This document shows, in pieces, positions 10,272 to 20,146 of a DNA stretch of 64,000 nucleotides. The notes under the pieces are model-generated. The model had not been told where the DNA came from. It made no database searches and saw nothing but the letters and a program-made list of their open reading frames with translations. Origin of the DNA: a bacterium. GTDB lineage: Bacteria > Hydrothermota > Tepidihabitantia > SM23-42. Position 1 is the first letter of the stretch. Each line of letters begins with the position of its first letter. Made by a program: the position numbers and the translations under genes. Location: NCBI GenBank assembly GCA_049647165.1, contig JBARXB010000057.1, positions 36,533 to 100,532 on the forward strand. The letters run 5' to 3'.

Positions 10272-10664
10272 TTGAAAGTTAATATGTTTAACCAGTCTGC
10301 ATGCTGTATTTCATTGCAGATAAAAGAAAAGATCAGCACTCTTGCCGAGCACACCATAAAAAAAGAGCACATAACTATTAATAACCTTAATATAATCATC
10401 ACGAATGATAATTATATTCAAAAATTGAACAGAAAATTTCTCAATAGAAATAGACCAACAAATGTATTGTCGTTTCATATGGAGGAAGTCTCTGAAATAT
10501 ACATATCATACGACAGGGTTGCCTGTCCCGATGACTTATTTTACTATGTTGTGCATGGTTTGCTGCATATCATCGGATATGATCATAGAAAAGCAGCAGA
10601 GGCAAAAATAATGGAAAATAAATGTCAGCAGTATGTGAAATGTCTTACTGAAAAAGAACAATGA
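10272..10664 (+). CDS. ybeY: rRNA maturation endoribonuclease YbeY
   Basis: HGLLHIIGYDH zinc motif. TTG start at 10272; ATG at 10284 is an alternative. Confidence 0.9.
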   Translation: MKVNMFNQSACCISLQIKEKISTLAEHTIKKEHITINNLNIIITNDNYIQKLNRKFLNRNRPTNVLSFHMEEVSEIYISYDRVACPDDLFYYVVHGLLHIIGYDHRKAAEAKIMENKCQQYVKCLTEKEQ

Positions 10665-11923
10665 TAATATACTCAGGTTTAATATTGCTGTTTCTTGTAT
10701 TAAGCGCCTTTTTTTCGGGGATGGAAGCAGCTATTTTTTCCTTATCCCGTTTTCGCGTTAGAGCACTTATATACGAAGAACGCAAAGGTTCTCAAACCCT
10801 TGGTCAGTTAAAAAAAGAGCCAGGGAAAACTCTTGCTGCAATATTATTGGCAAATCTTCTAGTCAATGTTGCTGCTTCTTCGGTTGGTGCAATAATCCTT
10901 ATTCAAATAATCGCTAACTATGGCGTAAATTCAACACTTTCATTTATTGTTGAGTTTATTCTAATGACTTCGCTATTGCTTATTTTCGGTGAAATTACAC
11001 CAAAAATTATAGCTTTGTCACACGCTGAATTCTTGTCTCTGAAGTTTGGTAATATTATCAAAATTGTGTCTTACCTTTTTCAACCGATATCATCGTTGAT
11101 GATGTTATTCACAAGGTTCATTCTAAGCAGGCAACCTCCAGAAGAGCATACGACTATTTCAGATAAAGAGATCAAAATAATGCTGAGTGAAGCAAAAAAG
11201 TTTAAGGTTCTGGATGAAGGAGAAGAGAAATTTGGCTACCAGATACTTCGTTTCGGAAAAATCAGAGTCAGTGATATTATGACCCCTCGCCACAAAGTCA
11301 TTGGTGTCTCGGTTGATACGAGTATTGAAGAAGTACGGGAAAAGATGATTTCAGAGAAGCACTCCCGGATTTGTGTTTTCAATAAGCAAGATGATGTCAT
11401 AGGTATTCTTTTTGCTAAACATGTTTTTGTAAGCCAATTGAACAATAACAAAATTGATCAACAACAGACAACAAAGGATTTGATGCGTGATCCATATATT
11501 GTTCCAGAGACTAAGTTAATAGATAATTTACTCAGTGAATTCAGACAAAATGGCGTTCATATCAGTGTTGTGGTAGATGAGTTCGGTGGTTTCAGTGGGA
11601 TAATAACTCTTGAGGATATTCTTGAATCTCTGTTTGGCGAGATAATTGATGAATACGATGAAATTGCCGATTTTCCCTATAAAAAAATCAGCCCAAATAA
11701 ATACATTTTTCATGGGGATATTAGCATTGGTGAGTTAGCTCGTGTTCTTGAGATTGAATCATTTGCTGATGAAGGGGAAAGATTATCCGGTTTCATTCTG
11801 AACCACTTCGGTAGGATACCCAATGAAAAAGAAACTTTTGTTCTAAATAATCTCAAGATCGAAATTACAGAAATAAGAGACCGGATAATCGAGCGGGTCT
11901 TTGTCGAGAAAACTATTTCATGA
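10661..11923 (+). CDS. CNNM/CorC-type transporter-associated protein (DUF21 + CBS pair + CorC_HlyC)
   Basis: 4-TM DUF21 N-terminus, CBS pair, C-terminal CorC_HlyC-like domain after LEDILESLFGEIIDEYD. Confidence 0.85.
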   Translation: MIIYSGLILLFLVLSAFFSGMEAAIFSLSRFRVRALIYEERKGSQTLGQLKKEPGKTLAAILLANLLVNVAASSVGAIILIQIIANYGVNSTLSFIVEFILMTSLLLIFGEITPKIIALSHAEFLSLKFGNIIKIVSYLFQPISSLMMLFTRFILSRQPPEEHTTISDKEIKIMLSEAKKFKVLDEGEEKFGYQILRFGKIRVSDIMTPRHKVIGVSVDTSIEEVREKMISEKHSRICVFNKQDDVIGILFAKHVFVSQLNNNKIDQQQTTKDLMRDPYIVPETKLIDNLLSEFRQNGVHISVVVDEFGGFSGIITLEDILESLFGEIIDEYDEIADFPYKKISPNKYIFHGDISIGELARVLEIESFADEGERLSGFILNHFGRIPNEKETFVLNNLKIEITEIRDRIIERVFVEKTIS

Positions 11924-12846
11924 TATATTTTATTATTCCGTTACTACTTGTCATACTTCAAGGTTTCTTTGCGGCAAGTGAAACTGGCTTAATCAGTTTA
12001 GAAAAAATGCATGTGCTCAAAGCCAAACGGGAGAAAAAATTATGGGCGATACGCGTTAATTATTTTTTAAAACGACCTGCGCGTTTTTTTTCAACTATTT
12101 TAGTTAGCGAGAACTTCATTATTGTGATCGCATCAACACTATTTGCAAAATTCTTTATCGATCAATTCGGTGACAATGGAGCGATTATCTCAACTATCAT
12201 ACTATCGCTTTTTACCCTGACGGTTGGGTTGTTCGTTCCAAAATCGATAGCCCTTTCTTACCCGGGTAGGATAATGAGCTATCTTGCAACCCCGATATTT
12301 TATCACGAAATAATCACTTACCCTATCGTTAGTTTATACGCTTTTATCTCGAAAGGTCTGGCTTATGTGTTGAGAATTAAAACAGGAACCGATTCAATAC
12401 AAAGGATGGATATAATTCATGCAATCAGTGAATATGAGGAAGAGGCAAGAAAATTAGCATCAAGACTCTTTAATTTCTCCAAACGAACAATTGGTGAGAT
12501 CATGATCCCTTTGGATACGGCCTTTACTTACCGGAAAGGTACTGAGTTGGAAACACTTACTGGCAAAAACAAAAGGATATTCACAAGAATCCCGATTTAC
12601 CAGAATAAGAAATCCAACATCGTGGGTGTCTTTAACATAAAGGATTTTTTCTATGAAGGGCAGATCGTGTTAAGAGAGCCTTTTTTTGTTAATATAGAGG
12701 ATCGTTGTATGACGATTTTCACTACTATGAAGCAAAAAGGTGAACATATGGCTATTGTTAGAAACAGCCAGGGAACCGTGGTAGGAATTGTAACTTTGGA
12801 AGATCTACTTGAGGAATTAGTTGGTGAAATCAGAGACGAACCATAG
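11920..12846 (+). CDS. second DUF21 + CBS protein, lacking the CorC_HlyC domain
   Basis: Same architecture as the upstream paralog, but it ends at LEELVGEIRDEP, where the CorC_HlyC domain would begin. Confidence 0.8.
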   Translation: MIYFIIPLLLVILQGFFAASETGLISLEKMHVLKAKREKKLWAIRVNYFLKRPARFFSTILVSENFIIVIASTLFAKFFIDQFGDNGAIISTIILSLFTLTVGLFVPKSIALSYPGRIMSYLATPIFYHEIITYPIVSLYAFISKGLAYVLRIKTGTDSIQRMDIIHAISEYEEEARKLASRLFNFSKRTIGEIMIPLDTAFTYRKGTELETLTGKNKRIFTRIPIYQNKKSNIVGVFNIKDFFYEGQIVLREPFFVNIEDRCMTIFTTMKQKGEHMAIVRNSQGTVVGIVTLEDLLEELVGEIRDEP

Positions 12847-12850
12847 CGAT

Positions 12851-13078
12851 CTATTTTTTTGTCTTCTTTAAACGCTCCTCTGCTTGTTCAACACTGATTT
12901 TACCTTTTTCAAGCTCACTTATAATTCTATTTCTTTTTGATTTACTGAATAAAGTCGATAAACTATAAAAACCTAGCAGTATGAATATTAATGGCCAGTC
13001 ACGTCCCAAATGAAATATGCCAAGATTACATAGCCAAAAAAAGAAACCGATCAATATAATGATAATTAATATATACAT
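12851..13078 (-). CDS. small two-TM membrane protein with a charged tail
   Basis: 75 aa: two hydrophobic helices followed by a Lys/Glu-rich tail. No family assigned. Confidence 0.45.
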   Translation of the reverse strand: MYILIIIILIGFFFWLCNLGIFHLGRDWPLIFILLGFYSLSTLFSKSKRNRIISELEKGKISVEQAEERLKKTKK

Positions 13079-13102
13079 TACTCAGCCAGTCATACTGGTT
13101 TG

Positions 13103-13360
13103 CTATTGTTTTTCATCTGGTATATTCAGGATATCTTTTAATTGTAGCGGTATTTCCAAAGCGGCAAAGTTATATCCATTAAGCCCATCGACGAAGAGTT
13201 GTTCTTTGGCATCATTTGAAAGTCGTTCATTGATTATAAAATAAGATTGGTCCCTTAGTCTACAAAATCCACCTCGACCAAAAAACTTGTCATATTTTAC
13301 AACTATTGATAGATTACGGCAAAATTTTTCTAAACAAAGAAGGATATTGGTTTTTTTCAT
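13103..13360 (-). CDS. hypothetical 85-aa protein
   Basis: ATGA-type 4-nt overlap with the upstream DnaJ-TPR gene. No recognisable motif. Confidence 0.4.
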   Translation of the reverse strand: MKKTNILLCLEKFCRNLSIVVKYDKFFGRGGFCRLRDQSYFIINERLSNDAKEQLFVDGLNGYNFAALEIPLQLKDILNIPDEKQ

Positions 13361-13998
13361 CTCCCACCACCAAACAACTTTGACAGAAAGCCTTTACTTT
13401 TCTTCTGTAACCTTTCAATACCTTTCTGCGCGGTTCGATTATTTTTATCCCAGTTAAGAGCCTCAGAATATGACTGGAGAGCTTTTGATCGGTCGCCCAT
13501 AAATTCATGTGCTAATCCAAGGTTAACATGAAGGATCGGGTTGAACATAACTTCTTTGATCGCTGCCTGGAGTTTTTCAAAACCCTCTTTTTGGTATTGT
13601 TTCGTATACACCAAAGCAAGGCCTAAGTATGATAAATACATTGGTTCCTGGTGGTAGCGGTTTGCAATCCGCAACAAATTGACCGCCCGCCATGGGTCAT
13701 TTTGCTTAAGGAATGCGATTGCTCTTCGAAAGGCGTTCTTCGCTTGTGTCTCTTTAGCTTCGTCTTTTGGTTTTAAACCCTTCTCAAGCGAATGATCGTA
13801 TACCTCTTTAAGTTTATCGTCAGACAGAACACGATAACTTTCAGTAATTTTTGAGAATTTATCATTAGCCTTCTTTTTCTCTTCGGGGTCTAAAAATCTA
13901 TCCGGATGATATTTTTGGGCTAATCTTAAATAACTTCTTTTTATTTCATGCGGAGTCGCATTACTAGAGACTTCGAGAATAGAATAAAATGTTTCCAT
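13357..13998 (-). CDS. J-domain (DnaJ-like) protein with C-terminal TPR region
   Basis: YSILEV..IKRSYLRLAQKYHPDR carries the HPD motif. TPR-like helices follow. Confidence 0.8.
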   Translation of the reverse strand: METFYSILEVSSNATPHEIKRSYLRLAQKYHPDRFLDPEEKKKANDKFSKITESYRVLSDDKLKEVYDHSLEKGLKPKDEAKETQAKNAFRRAIAFLKQNDPWRAVNLLRIANRYHQEPMYLSYLGLALVYTKQYQKEGFEKLQAAIKEVMFNPILHVNLGLAHEFMGDRSKALQSYSEALNWDKNNRTAQKGIERLQKKSKGFLSKLFGGGR

Positions 13999-14083
13999 AA
14001 TACATTGAAATTATGGCTAAATATTTCGGTTTGTCAAGGTTTTTCTATAAGCACTATCACATTTATCAGAATATTTACTGTAA

Positions 14084-14236
14084 TCAGTGGTTTCTGACTT
14101 TTTTCGAAATCTCTCTGTGTTTACTATTTAGACAGGTGAAGCGTGTCTTACCACAACACGGACATTTCCATTTCTTTTTCTTATGGTGCGTTCCTCTTGT
14201 TTCCTTCATATTTCTAGCACAACGCGGGCACTTCAT
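14084..14236 (-). CDS. candidate 50-aa basic zinc-ribbon protein (below the ORF-track cutoff)
   Basis: Hand translation: MKCPRCARNMKETRGTHHKKKKWKCPCCGKTRFTCLNSKHREISKKVRNH. It has paired CPxC..CPCC knuckles. SD is weak. Confidence 0.35.
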   Translation of the reverse strand: MKCPRCARNMKETRGTHHKKKKWKCPCCGKTRFTCLNSKHREISKKVRNH

Positions 14237-14260
14237 CTTTTGTCTTCAGATAAAATCCTT

Positions 14261-14668
14261 TTATTTAGCTTTTTTCTTTGTCCCCCTGGTTTTTTTCTTT
14301 ACTTTTTTGTCTGGTTTTGTAGTTTTCTTATTTTTGGAGGCAGCTATTTTCCTTTTTTTCTTAAGTATAATCCCTTCAGTTTCAATCGTTTCCTTTTCAA
14401 TCTCGACTGGTTTTTCATTGAGTTTATCAAGGCGTATCTCTGCATTGCTGAATGTTCTATCAAGCTGCAATGTTTTCTCATACATCGTTACTGCGTCTGA
14501 TGGTCGCTTCGCTCCTTCATACGCTAATCCTAAATTGTAATATAATTCAGGATCATGTGGATTTATTTTTAGGGCTTCACTGAATTTTTTGATCGCCTGG
14601 TCATATTCCTTATTCAATAAATATGATTGCCCTAATTCCAATAAGACTTCAATCTCTCCTTGTTCCAT
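14261..14668 (-). CDS. TPR protein with a Lys-rich histone-H1-like C-terminal tail
   Basis: N-terminal TPRs (ELYYNLGLAYEGAKRPSDAVTMYEKTLQLD). Tail reads KKKRKIAASKNKKTTKPDKKVKKKTRGTKKKAK. Confidence 0.7.
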   Translation of the reverse strand: MEQGEIEVLLELGQSYLLNKEYDQAIKKFSEALKINPHDPELYYNLGLAYEGAKRPSDAVTMYEKTLQLDRTFSNAEIRLDKLNEKPVEIEKETIETEGIILKKKRKIAASKNKKTTKPDKKVKKKTRGTKKKAK

Positions 14669-16211
14669 TCTCCTTCCCTTGTTTACTCAACTTTTTTTCA
14701 ATTGTCGAGTCATGTAGAAATTGCTCCTTTTTTTCAGGATATTCTTTGATATAGTGGAGTCCACGAGATTCGGTCCGCATAATAGCTGAGGTGATTGTTA
14801 ACATCGCAATATCGGCTACATTCCTGGATTCGGCATTTCTTAAATGAATAGCATCATCATATTTATTACAGACCTTAATGATAGAATCATGTGCTTTTTT
14901 TAACCCTTCGACATTCCTTATTACACCAACATACCGGTCCATAATTTCTTTAACATGTAATTTGAGATCCGGTGTAGTTAGTGAAGTTTTCTTTACACTG
15001 ATGTTCCTAACTGTTTTGATATTTTTGATATCCTTTACCCTCTCCGAAGCTCTTGATGAAAAGACGAGGGCCTCCAGCAGTGAGTTAGATGCTAATCGGT
15101 TTGCACCATGTACGCCAGTACAGCTGCATTCACCAAGTGCAAATAATCGCTTGATAGACGATTCTGCCCAGGTATTAACCAATATCCCTCCGCAGATATA
15201 ATGGGCAGCAGGTACCACTGGTATAGGTTCACGGGTAATATCGATGCCCCATTTCAAACATGTTTCATAGATCGTTGGAAATCTATTTTTAAGATATCCA
15301 GCATCAACATGTGAAATGTCAAGTAATACATACTTAGAATTTGTCGCATGTATCTCTGAAACACAAGCTCTGGCTACGATATCACGAGGAGCGAGATTCC
15401 CAGCTTGGTCATATTTCTCCATAAAAGCAATACCATCCCGTGTTTTAAGAATTCCTCCTTCTCCACGTACCGCTTCTGATATCAAAAATGATCGACCATC
15501 GATCTTTATGTTATAGACAGATGTTGGATGGAATTGTACAAACTCCATATTTGCAATTTTGGCACCAGCACGATAAGCCATAGCAATACCGTCGCCAGTC
15601 GCGATCGGAGGATTTGTAGTATGTAGATATATTTGACCTATACCACCTGTGGCGAGTACTATTGCATTTGCCAGTATATAGTCGATTTTTTGTTTAATGG
15701 CATCAAAATAATAGAGTCCTTTGCATTCACCATCAATGACGATAAGGTCTAGTGCAATTTCATTTTCGCTTATCATGATATTGTTTCGTTTTGCTTCTTC
15801 TAAAAGTACACGTTCGATCTCATAACCGGTGAAGTCTTGTGCGTGTACGATACGACGTTGGCTGTGACCACCTTCCATGCCAAGGTCAAAAACACCATTA
15901 TCATTAAGCGTAAAACGGCAACCTTTGTCATGAAGTTCCTGGACTAATTTTGGTCCATTTTCTACCATAAGTCTTACCGCGTCTTGATGAGCAATACCTT
16001 CACCTGTTTTCAACGTATCATTGATATGACTTTCAAACGAATCCAGGTCATCGAAAACTGCTGCAATCCCTCCCTGTGCGTAGTTTGTATTCGAATCTGC
16101 TTTGTTCTTTTTTGTAAGAATGAGTACTCGACCGTATTTTGTAACCTTGGTGGCAAAGGTCAAGCCAGCAATCCCTGACCCAACAACAAGGAAGTCCACC
16201 TGTCTTAGCAT
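14649..16211 (-). CDS. nadB: L-aspartate oxidase
   Basis: FAD motif DFLVVGSGIAGL, then HxQGGI, RGEGG and HYxxGG motifs. Start moved to MLRQVDF (16211). Confidence 0.9.
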   Translation of the reverse strand: MLRQVDFLVVGSGIAGLTFATKVTKYGRVLILTKKNKADSNTNYAQGGIAAVFDDLDSFESHINDTLKTGEGIAHQDAVRLMVENGPKLVQELHDKGCRFTLNDNGVFDLGMEGGHSQRRIVHAQDFTGYEIERVLLEEAKRNNIMISENEIALDLIVIDGECKGLYYFDAIKQKIDYILANAIVLATGGIGQIYLHTTNPPIATGDGIAMAYRAGAKIANMEFVQFHPTSVYNIKIDGRSFLISEAVRGEGGILKTRDGIAFMEKYDQAGNLAPRDIVARACVSEIHATNSKYVLLDISHVDAGYLKNRFPTIYETCLKWGIDITREPIPVVPAAHYICGGILVNTWAESSIKRLFALGECSCTGVHGANRLASNSLLEALVFSSRASERVKDIKNIKTVRNISVKKTSLTTPDLKLHVKEIMDRYVGVIRNVEGLKKAHDSIIKVCNKYDDAIHLRNAESRNVADIAMLTITSAIMRTESRGLHYIKEYPEKKEQFLHDSTIEKKLSKQGKENGTRRD

Positions 16212-16274
16212 AACAAATTCTATACAAAACTCAAAAAATGTCAATATTCAAGCATTTTGTAATTCTTGCTTTTG

Positions 16275-16302
16275 TTGACTCATATTGTTTTTTATATATA
16301 AT
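16275..16302 (+). promoter_or_regulatory. promoter TTGACT-16-TATAAT ending 5 nt before the ligA ATG (leaderless candidate)
   Basis: TTGACT at 16275-16280, TATAAT at 16297-16302, ATG at 16308. No SD. Confidence 0.45.
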
Positions 16303-16307
16303 TTACC

Positions 16308-18323
16308 ATGACTGTAGCCCAGGCGAAAAAAGAAATTGCTCGGCTAAGGGTTACGATCAATAGCTGTAATTATTATTATTACGTTCTAAACCGCCCGATG
16401 GTAACTGACTACGAATACGATGAATTATACAAGAAGCTCAAAGATTTAGAAGAAACCTATCCAGAGCTCATAACGCCGGATTCCCCAACACAACGGATTG
16501 GTGGTGAGCCACTCAAGAAATTCAATACCGTTGAACATAAAATAAAAATGCTGAGCCTCGATAACACGTACTCAGAGAATGAAGTAAGGGAATTCGATAA
16601 ACGAATAAGAAAAGTCCTCAAAGAAGGTGTCAAATATGAGGTAACACTCAAGGTCGATGGAGTTGCAGTAGCTCTGGTCTTTGAAAATGGGCGGTTAATA
16701 CTCGGGTCGACAAGGGGTGACGGAATCTATGGCGATGATATTACACAAAATATCAGAACAATAAGAGCAGTACCGCTGCATATGATGTCTGAAGATATAT
16801 TGTTGAAAAACATCGAAGTACGGGGTGAAGTTTACCTTCCCTTATCTTCTTTTAAAAAACTTAACAAAGAACGAGAAGAATCGGGTGCTCCATTATTTGC
16901 CAATCCGCGCAATGCTGCTGCTGGAACGCTGAAATTGCTTAGTGCACAAACCGTAGCTAAAAGAGGGCTTGATATATTCATGCACACGATACCGTCTTGT
17001 CCTGGACCTAATTTCAGCTCACATTATAAAACGCTTAAAGTCCTTGGTGACAGTGGTTTTAAAATCATCCCTTATTTAAAGCTATGTGCTGATATTGAAC
17101 AAGTACTGGCATGTATTGATGAATGGGTTGAAAAAAGAGATACGTTGGAATATGAAGTTGATGGAGTAGTTATAAAAATCGATGATTTCAAACAACGCGA
17201 AATACTGGGGCATACAATAAAAAGCCCTCGTTGGGCGATTGCCTATAAATATCCTGCACGTCAGGTTATTACCAGATTACTTGATATAAGTCTTCAGGTG
17301 GGTAGGACTGGTAGGATAACCCCGGTTGCTGTTCTTCAACCCACTTTTCTGTCAGGATCAACTATTTCCCGCGCCACTTTGCATAATGAAGATGAGATAA
17401 AGAGAAAGGATATTAGATTCAATGATTATGTCATAGTTGAGAAAGGAGGGGAGGTTATTCCGAAAATCGTAGCTGTGGTGCGTGAACGCCGTACGAACAA
17501 GCAAAAGATATTCAGATTTCCGAACTCGTGCCCTATTTGTAAGGAAAGGATCATTAGACTGCCAGGAGAAGCCGACTGGCGTTGTATTAATAAAGCCTGT
17601 CCAGCTCAGATAAAGGCAGCTGTTTTTCACTTTGTATCACGCCAGGCAATGGATATTGAAGGATTTGGCATAAAACTGGTCGATCAGCTCGTTGATTTAA
17701 ACCTCGTTAAAAAATTCGATGATATTTATCGCCTTGATGCCAATACACTTGTGAGTCTTGAGAGGATGGCAGAAAAATCTGCCAAAAACTTGATTCGTTC
17801 AATCGAGCAAAGCAAAGGTCGTTCTTTTGCCAAAGTTCTGTATGGTCTTGGCATACCGAATATCGGTATTAATTCTGCCAATATTTTGGTGCAGGAATTC
17901 ACCGACATAGATTCAATGATTAATGCAAAAGCTGAAGTTTATGTGAAATTAGATGGTATTGGGGAAATTATAGCACAAAGCATAATAAATTACTTTAAAA
18001 ATAAAAAGAATGTTTCAGTGATAAGAGCGTTAGGAGAATTAGGTATTAGTTTTACTGCAAAGAGACCAGATGCTGAAACTCAGTTTTTAAAGGGTAAGGT
18101 ATTTATTTTTACAGGTGAATTTAAGAAAATGACACGGATACAAGCTCAGAACCTAGTTCGCAGGTTAGGCGGACACCCTGGCTCATCCGTGTCCAAGAAA
18201 ACTGATTATCTTGTTTTTGGCGCAAATCCAGGGTCAAAATACAGGAAAGCCAAAAAAATCGGTATTTCAATCGTTTCAGAGCAACAGTTTCTTGAATTAA
18301 TAGAGAAAGGCAGGTTAAAATGA
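16308..18323 (+). CDS. ligA: NAD-dependent DNA ligase
   Basis: KVDGVA adenylation lysine motif, OB fold, Zn finger (CPICK..CINKACPAQ), HhH and BRCT regions. Confidence 0.95.
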   Translation: MTVAQAKKEIARLRVTINSCNYYYYVLNRPMVTDYEYDELYKKLKDLEETYPELITPDSPTQRIGGEPLKKFNTVEHKIKMLSLDNTYSENEVREFDKRIRKVLKEGVKYEVTLKVDGVAVALVFENGRLILGSTRGDGIYGDDITQNIRTIRAVPLHMMSEDILLKNIEVRGEVYLPLSSFKKLNKEREESGAPLFANPRNAAAGTLKLLSAQTVAKRGLDIFMHTIPSCPGPNFSSHYKTLKVLGDSGFKIIPYLKLCADIEQVLACIDEWVEKRDTLEYEVDGVVIKIDDFKQREILGHTIKSPRWAIAYKYPARQVITRLLDISLQVGRTGRITPVAVLQPTFLSGSTISRATLHNEDEIKRKDIRFNDYVIVEKGGEVIPKIVAVVRERRTNKQKIFRFPNSCPICKERIIRLPGEADWRCINKACPAQIKAAVFHFVSRQAMDIEGFGIKLVDQLVDLNLVKKFDDIYRLDANTLVSLERMAEKSAKNLIRSIEQSKGRSFAKVLYGLGIPNIGINSANILVQEFTDIDSMINAKAEVYVKLDGIGEIIAQSIINYFKNKKNVSVIRALGELGISFTAKRPDAETQFLKGKVFIFTGEFKKMTRIQAQNLVRRLGGHPGSSVSKKTDYLVFGANPGSKYRKAKKIGISIVSEQQFLELIEKGRLK

Positions 18324-18592
18324 AGCAGCCTAACTGTGAAAATTATATCGAGAAAATAGTAAGGCAAGAATTGGATAAGCTGTATGAGGATGATAAAGAT
18401 TTATGTAGATGTGATCTCTGCTACCGTGACATAATGACCTTGACCCTGAACAAGCTTCCGTCAATGTATGTTTCCAGCGATATAGGTCACATAATGACTA
18501 TGTACAATCTCACCAAAGACCAACTCCATGCTAATGTAGTCGTTGAGTTATTAAGAGCCATTGAACAGGTTAGGGGTAGTCCTAAACATTGA
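18320..18592 (+). CDS. ComFB-like (late competence development protein family) small protein
   Basis: CRCDLCYRDIMTLTLNKLP is the ComFB-type Cys motif as I recall it. ATGA overlap with ligA. Confidence 0.6.
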   Translation: MKQPNCENYIEKIVRQELDKLYEDDKDLCRCDLCYRDIMTLTLNKLPSMYVSSDIGHIMTMYNLTKDQLHANVVVELLRAIEQVRGSPKH

Positions 18593-18655
18593 TCGAGACA
18601 TCATTTTTATTGACAGTCATATCTAGTGGGCGGGAGATACCTGAGAAAGATGATA

Positions 18656-20146
18656 TTATAGCATTAACTGCTTACTGATGTAGTCATGCAATTTTTCAAT
18701 ATGCTCGGATAAAGACTGGTCTTTCTCCATGAACCTAACATGTTTTCTGATTATTTTTTTAATTTTTTCCAGGGCTTTGGAGGTTTTTAAAGGCTTTAAT
18801 AGATCAAGAGCTTGACACGCACAGAGCGCTTCTATGGCCAGAACGTATTTGGTATTATTCACTATTTCCATTGCTTTAAGTCCAGCATTCATAGACATAC
18901 TTACATGATCTTCTTGGTTAGCTGAGGTTGGAATGGAGTCAACTGATGCTGGATGCGATAGTATTTTATTTTGAGCAACTAATGAAGCAGCTGTAACCTG
19001 AGCCATCATAAATCCAGAATTCAAACCGGGATTTATTGATAAAAATGAGTTTAAGCCAGAGAGTCTGCTATCGAGCAATCTGAAAATCCTCCGTTCAGAG
19101 ATGGAAGCGAGTTCGGCAAGACCGATGGACATTGTATCAAGTGCAAACGCTATTGGCTCGGCATGGAAATTGCCACTGCTCAGTATAGTTTTATTTTCCG
19201 CAAAGACAAGTGGATTATCAGTAACTGAATTCATCTCGATCTCGATAGTTTTCCGCGTATTATGACAGATATCACGAACTGCCCCATGAACCTGTGCCAT
19301 ACAGCGCAGTGAATAAGGGTCCTGAACCGTAGCACATTTGCGATGTGATTTTAATATTTTACTACCCATAAGCAAGTTTCTAATATTTCGTGCTGATACT
19401 ACAGCACCAGGATGCGGGCGCAGCTCAAAAATCTTCGGATCAAATGGTTTATTACTACCTCTTAGTGCATCAAGGGTCAAAGCACCATGTGTGTCTGCAA
19501 TATTGCACAAATGGTCGGTAAAATGATTTACTAAAGCTGCGATAGCAGTAGAGAACTGAGTACCATTGATCAAGGATAAGCCTTCTTTTGGTTTGAGCTT
19601 GAGCGGCTGTAAACCGATACTTTTTAATGCTCTTTTTGCACTCATTCGCTCTTGTCTATATAAAACTTCACCTTTTCCGATTAAGGAGAGGCCAATCGCA
19701 GCCATAGGTGCAAGATCGCCTGATGCACCGACCGAACCCTTTTGTGGCACGATCGGTACGACATCATTTTTCAATATAGCCAGTAGTGTTCTGACCAACC
19801 GTTCGGTAACGCCAGAATAACCTCTTATCAAAGTGTTTATACGGAGTGCTATTGCTGCCCGTACAAATGGAGATGCAAATTGCGGACCAACCCCGGCATT
19901 ATGACTGAGAAGAATATTGTGTTGTAATTCTTTTAGATCTTCAGGGTCAATACGGACCTGAGCAAGAGCCCCAAATCCGGTATTGAAGCCATAAATAGTT
20001 TTATTACTCGATATTTGTTCTGCAACGAACGCTGAACTACGATTTACCTTTGCCCATGAGGATTTTGCGACTCCCATAGCATCCTGGCAAAAAGCTACCT
20101 TCTTAAGCTTTTTGATCGTTAGATTATTACCATTTATAACTACCAT
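18656..20146 (-). CDS. hutH: histidine ammonia-lyase
   Basis: MIO-forming GSVGASGDLAP. Selectivity position reads S-H (LLSHNAGVG), as in HAL rather than PAL or TAL. Confidence 0.9.
   Translation of the reverse strand: MVVINGNNLTIKKLKKVAFCQDAMGVAKSSWAKVNRSSAFVAEQISSNKTIYGFNTGFGALAQVRIDPEDLKELQHNILLSHNAGVGPQFASPFVRAAIALRINTLIRGYSGVTERLVRTLLAILKNDVVPIVPQKGSVGASGDLAPMAAIGLSLIGKGEVLYRQERMSAKRALKSIGLQPLKLKPKEGLSLINGTQFSTAIAALVNHFTDHLCNIADTHGALTLDALRGSNKPFDPKIFELRPHPGAVVSARNIRNLLMGSKILKSHRKCATVQDPYSLRCMAQVHGAVRDICHNTRKTIEIEMNSVTDNPLVFAENKTILSSGNFHAEPIAFALDTMSIGLAELASISERRIFRLLDSRLSGLNSFLSINPGLNSGFMMAQVTAASLVAQNKILSHPASVDSIPTSANQEDHVSMSMNAGLKAMEIVNNTKYVLAIEALCACQALDLLKPLKTSKALEKIKKIIRKHVRFMEKDQSLSEHIEKLHDYISKQLML

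Noticed and set aside
14013-14540. Two long plus-strand track ORFs (175 aa and 105 aa) rich in Phe, Leu and Ser
   Set aside because: They are antisense shadows of the Lys-rich TPR gene and the small Zn-ribbon ORF (AAA/AAG codons read as TTT/CTT). They have no SD and a low-complexity composition.
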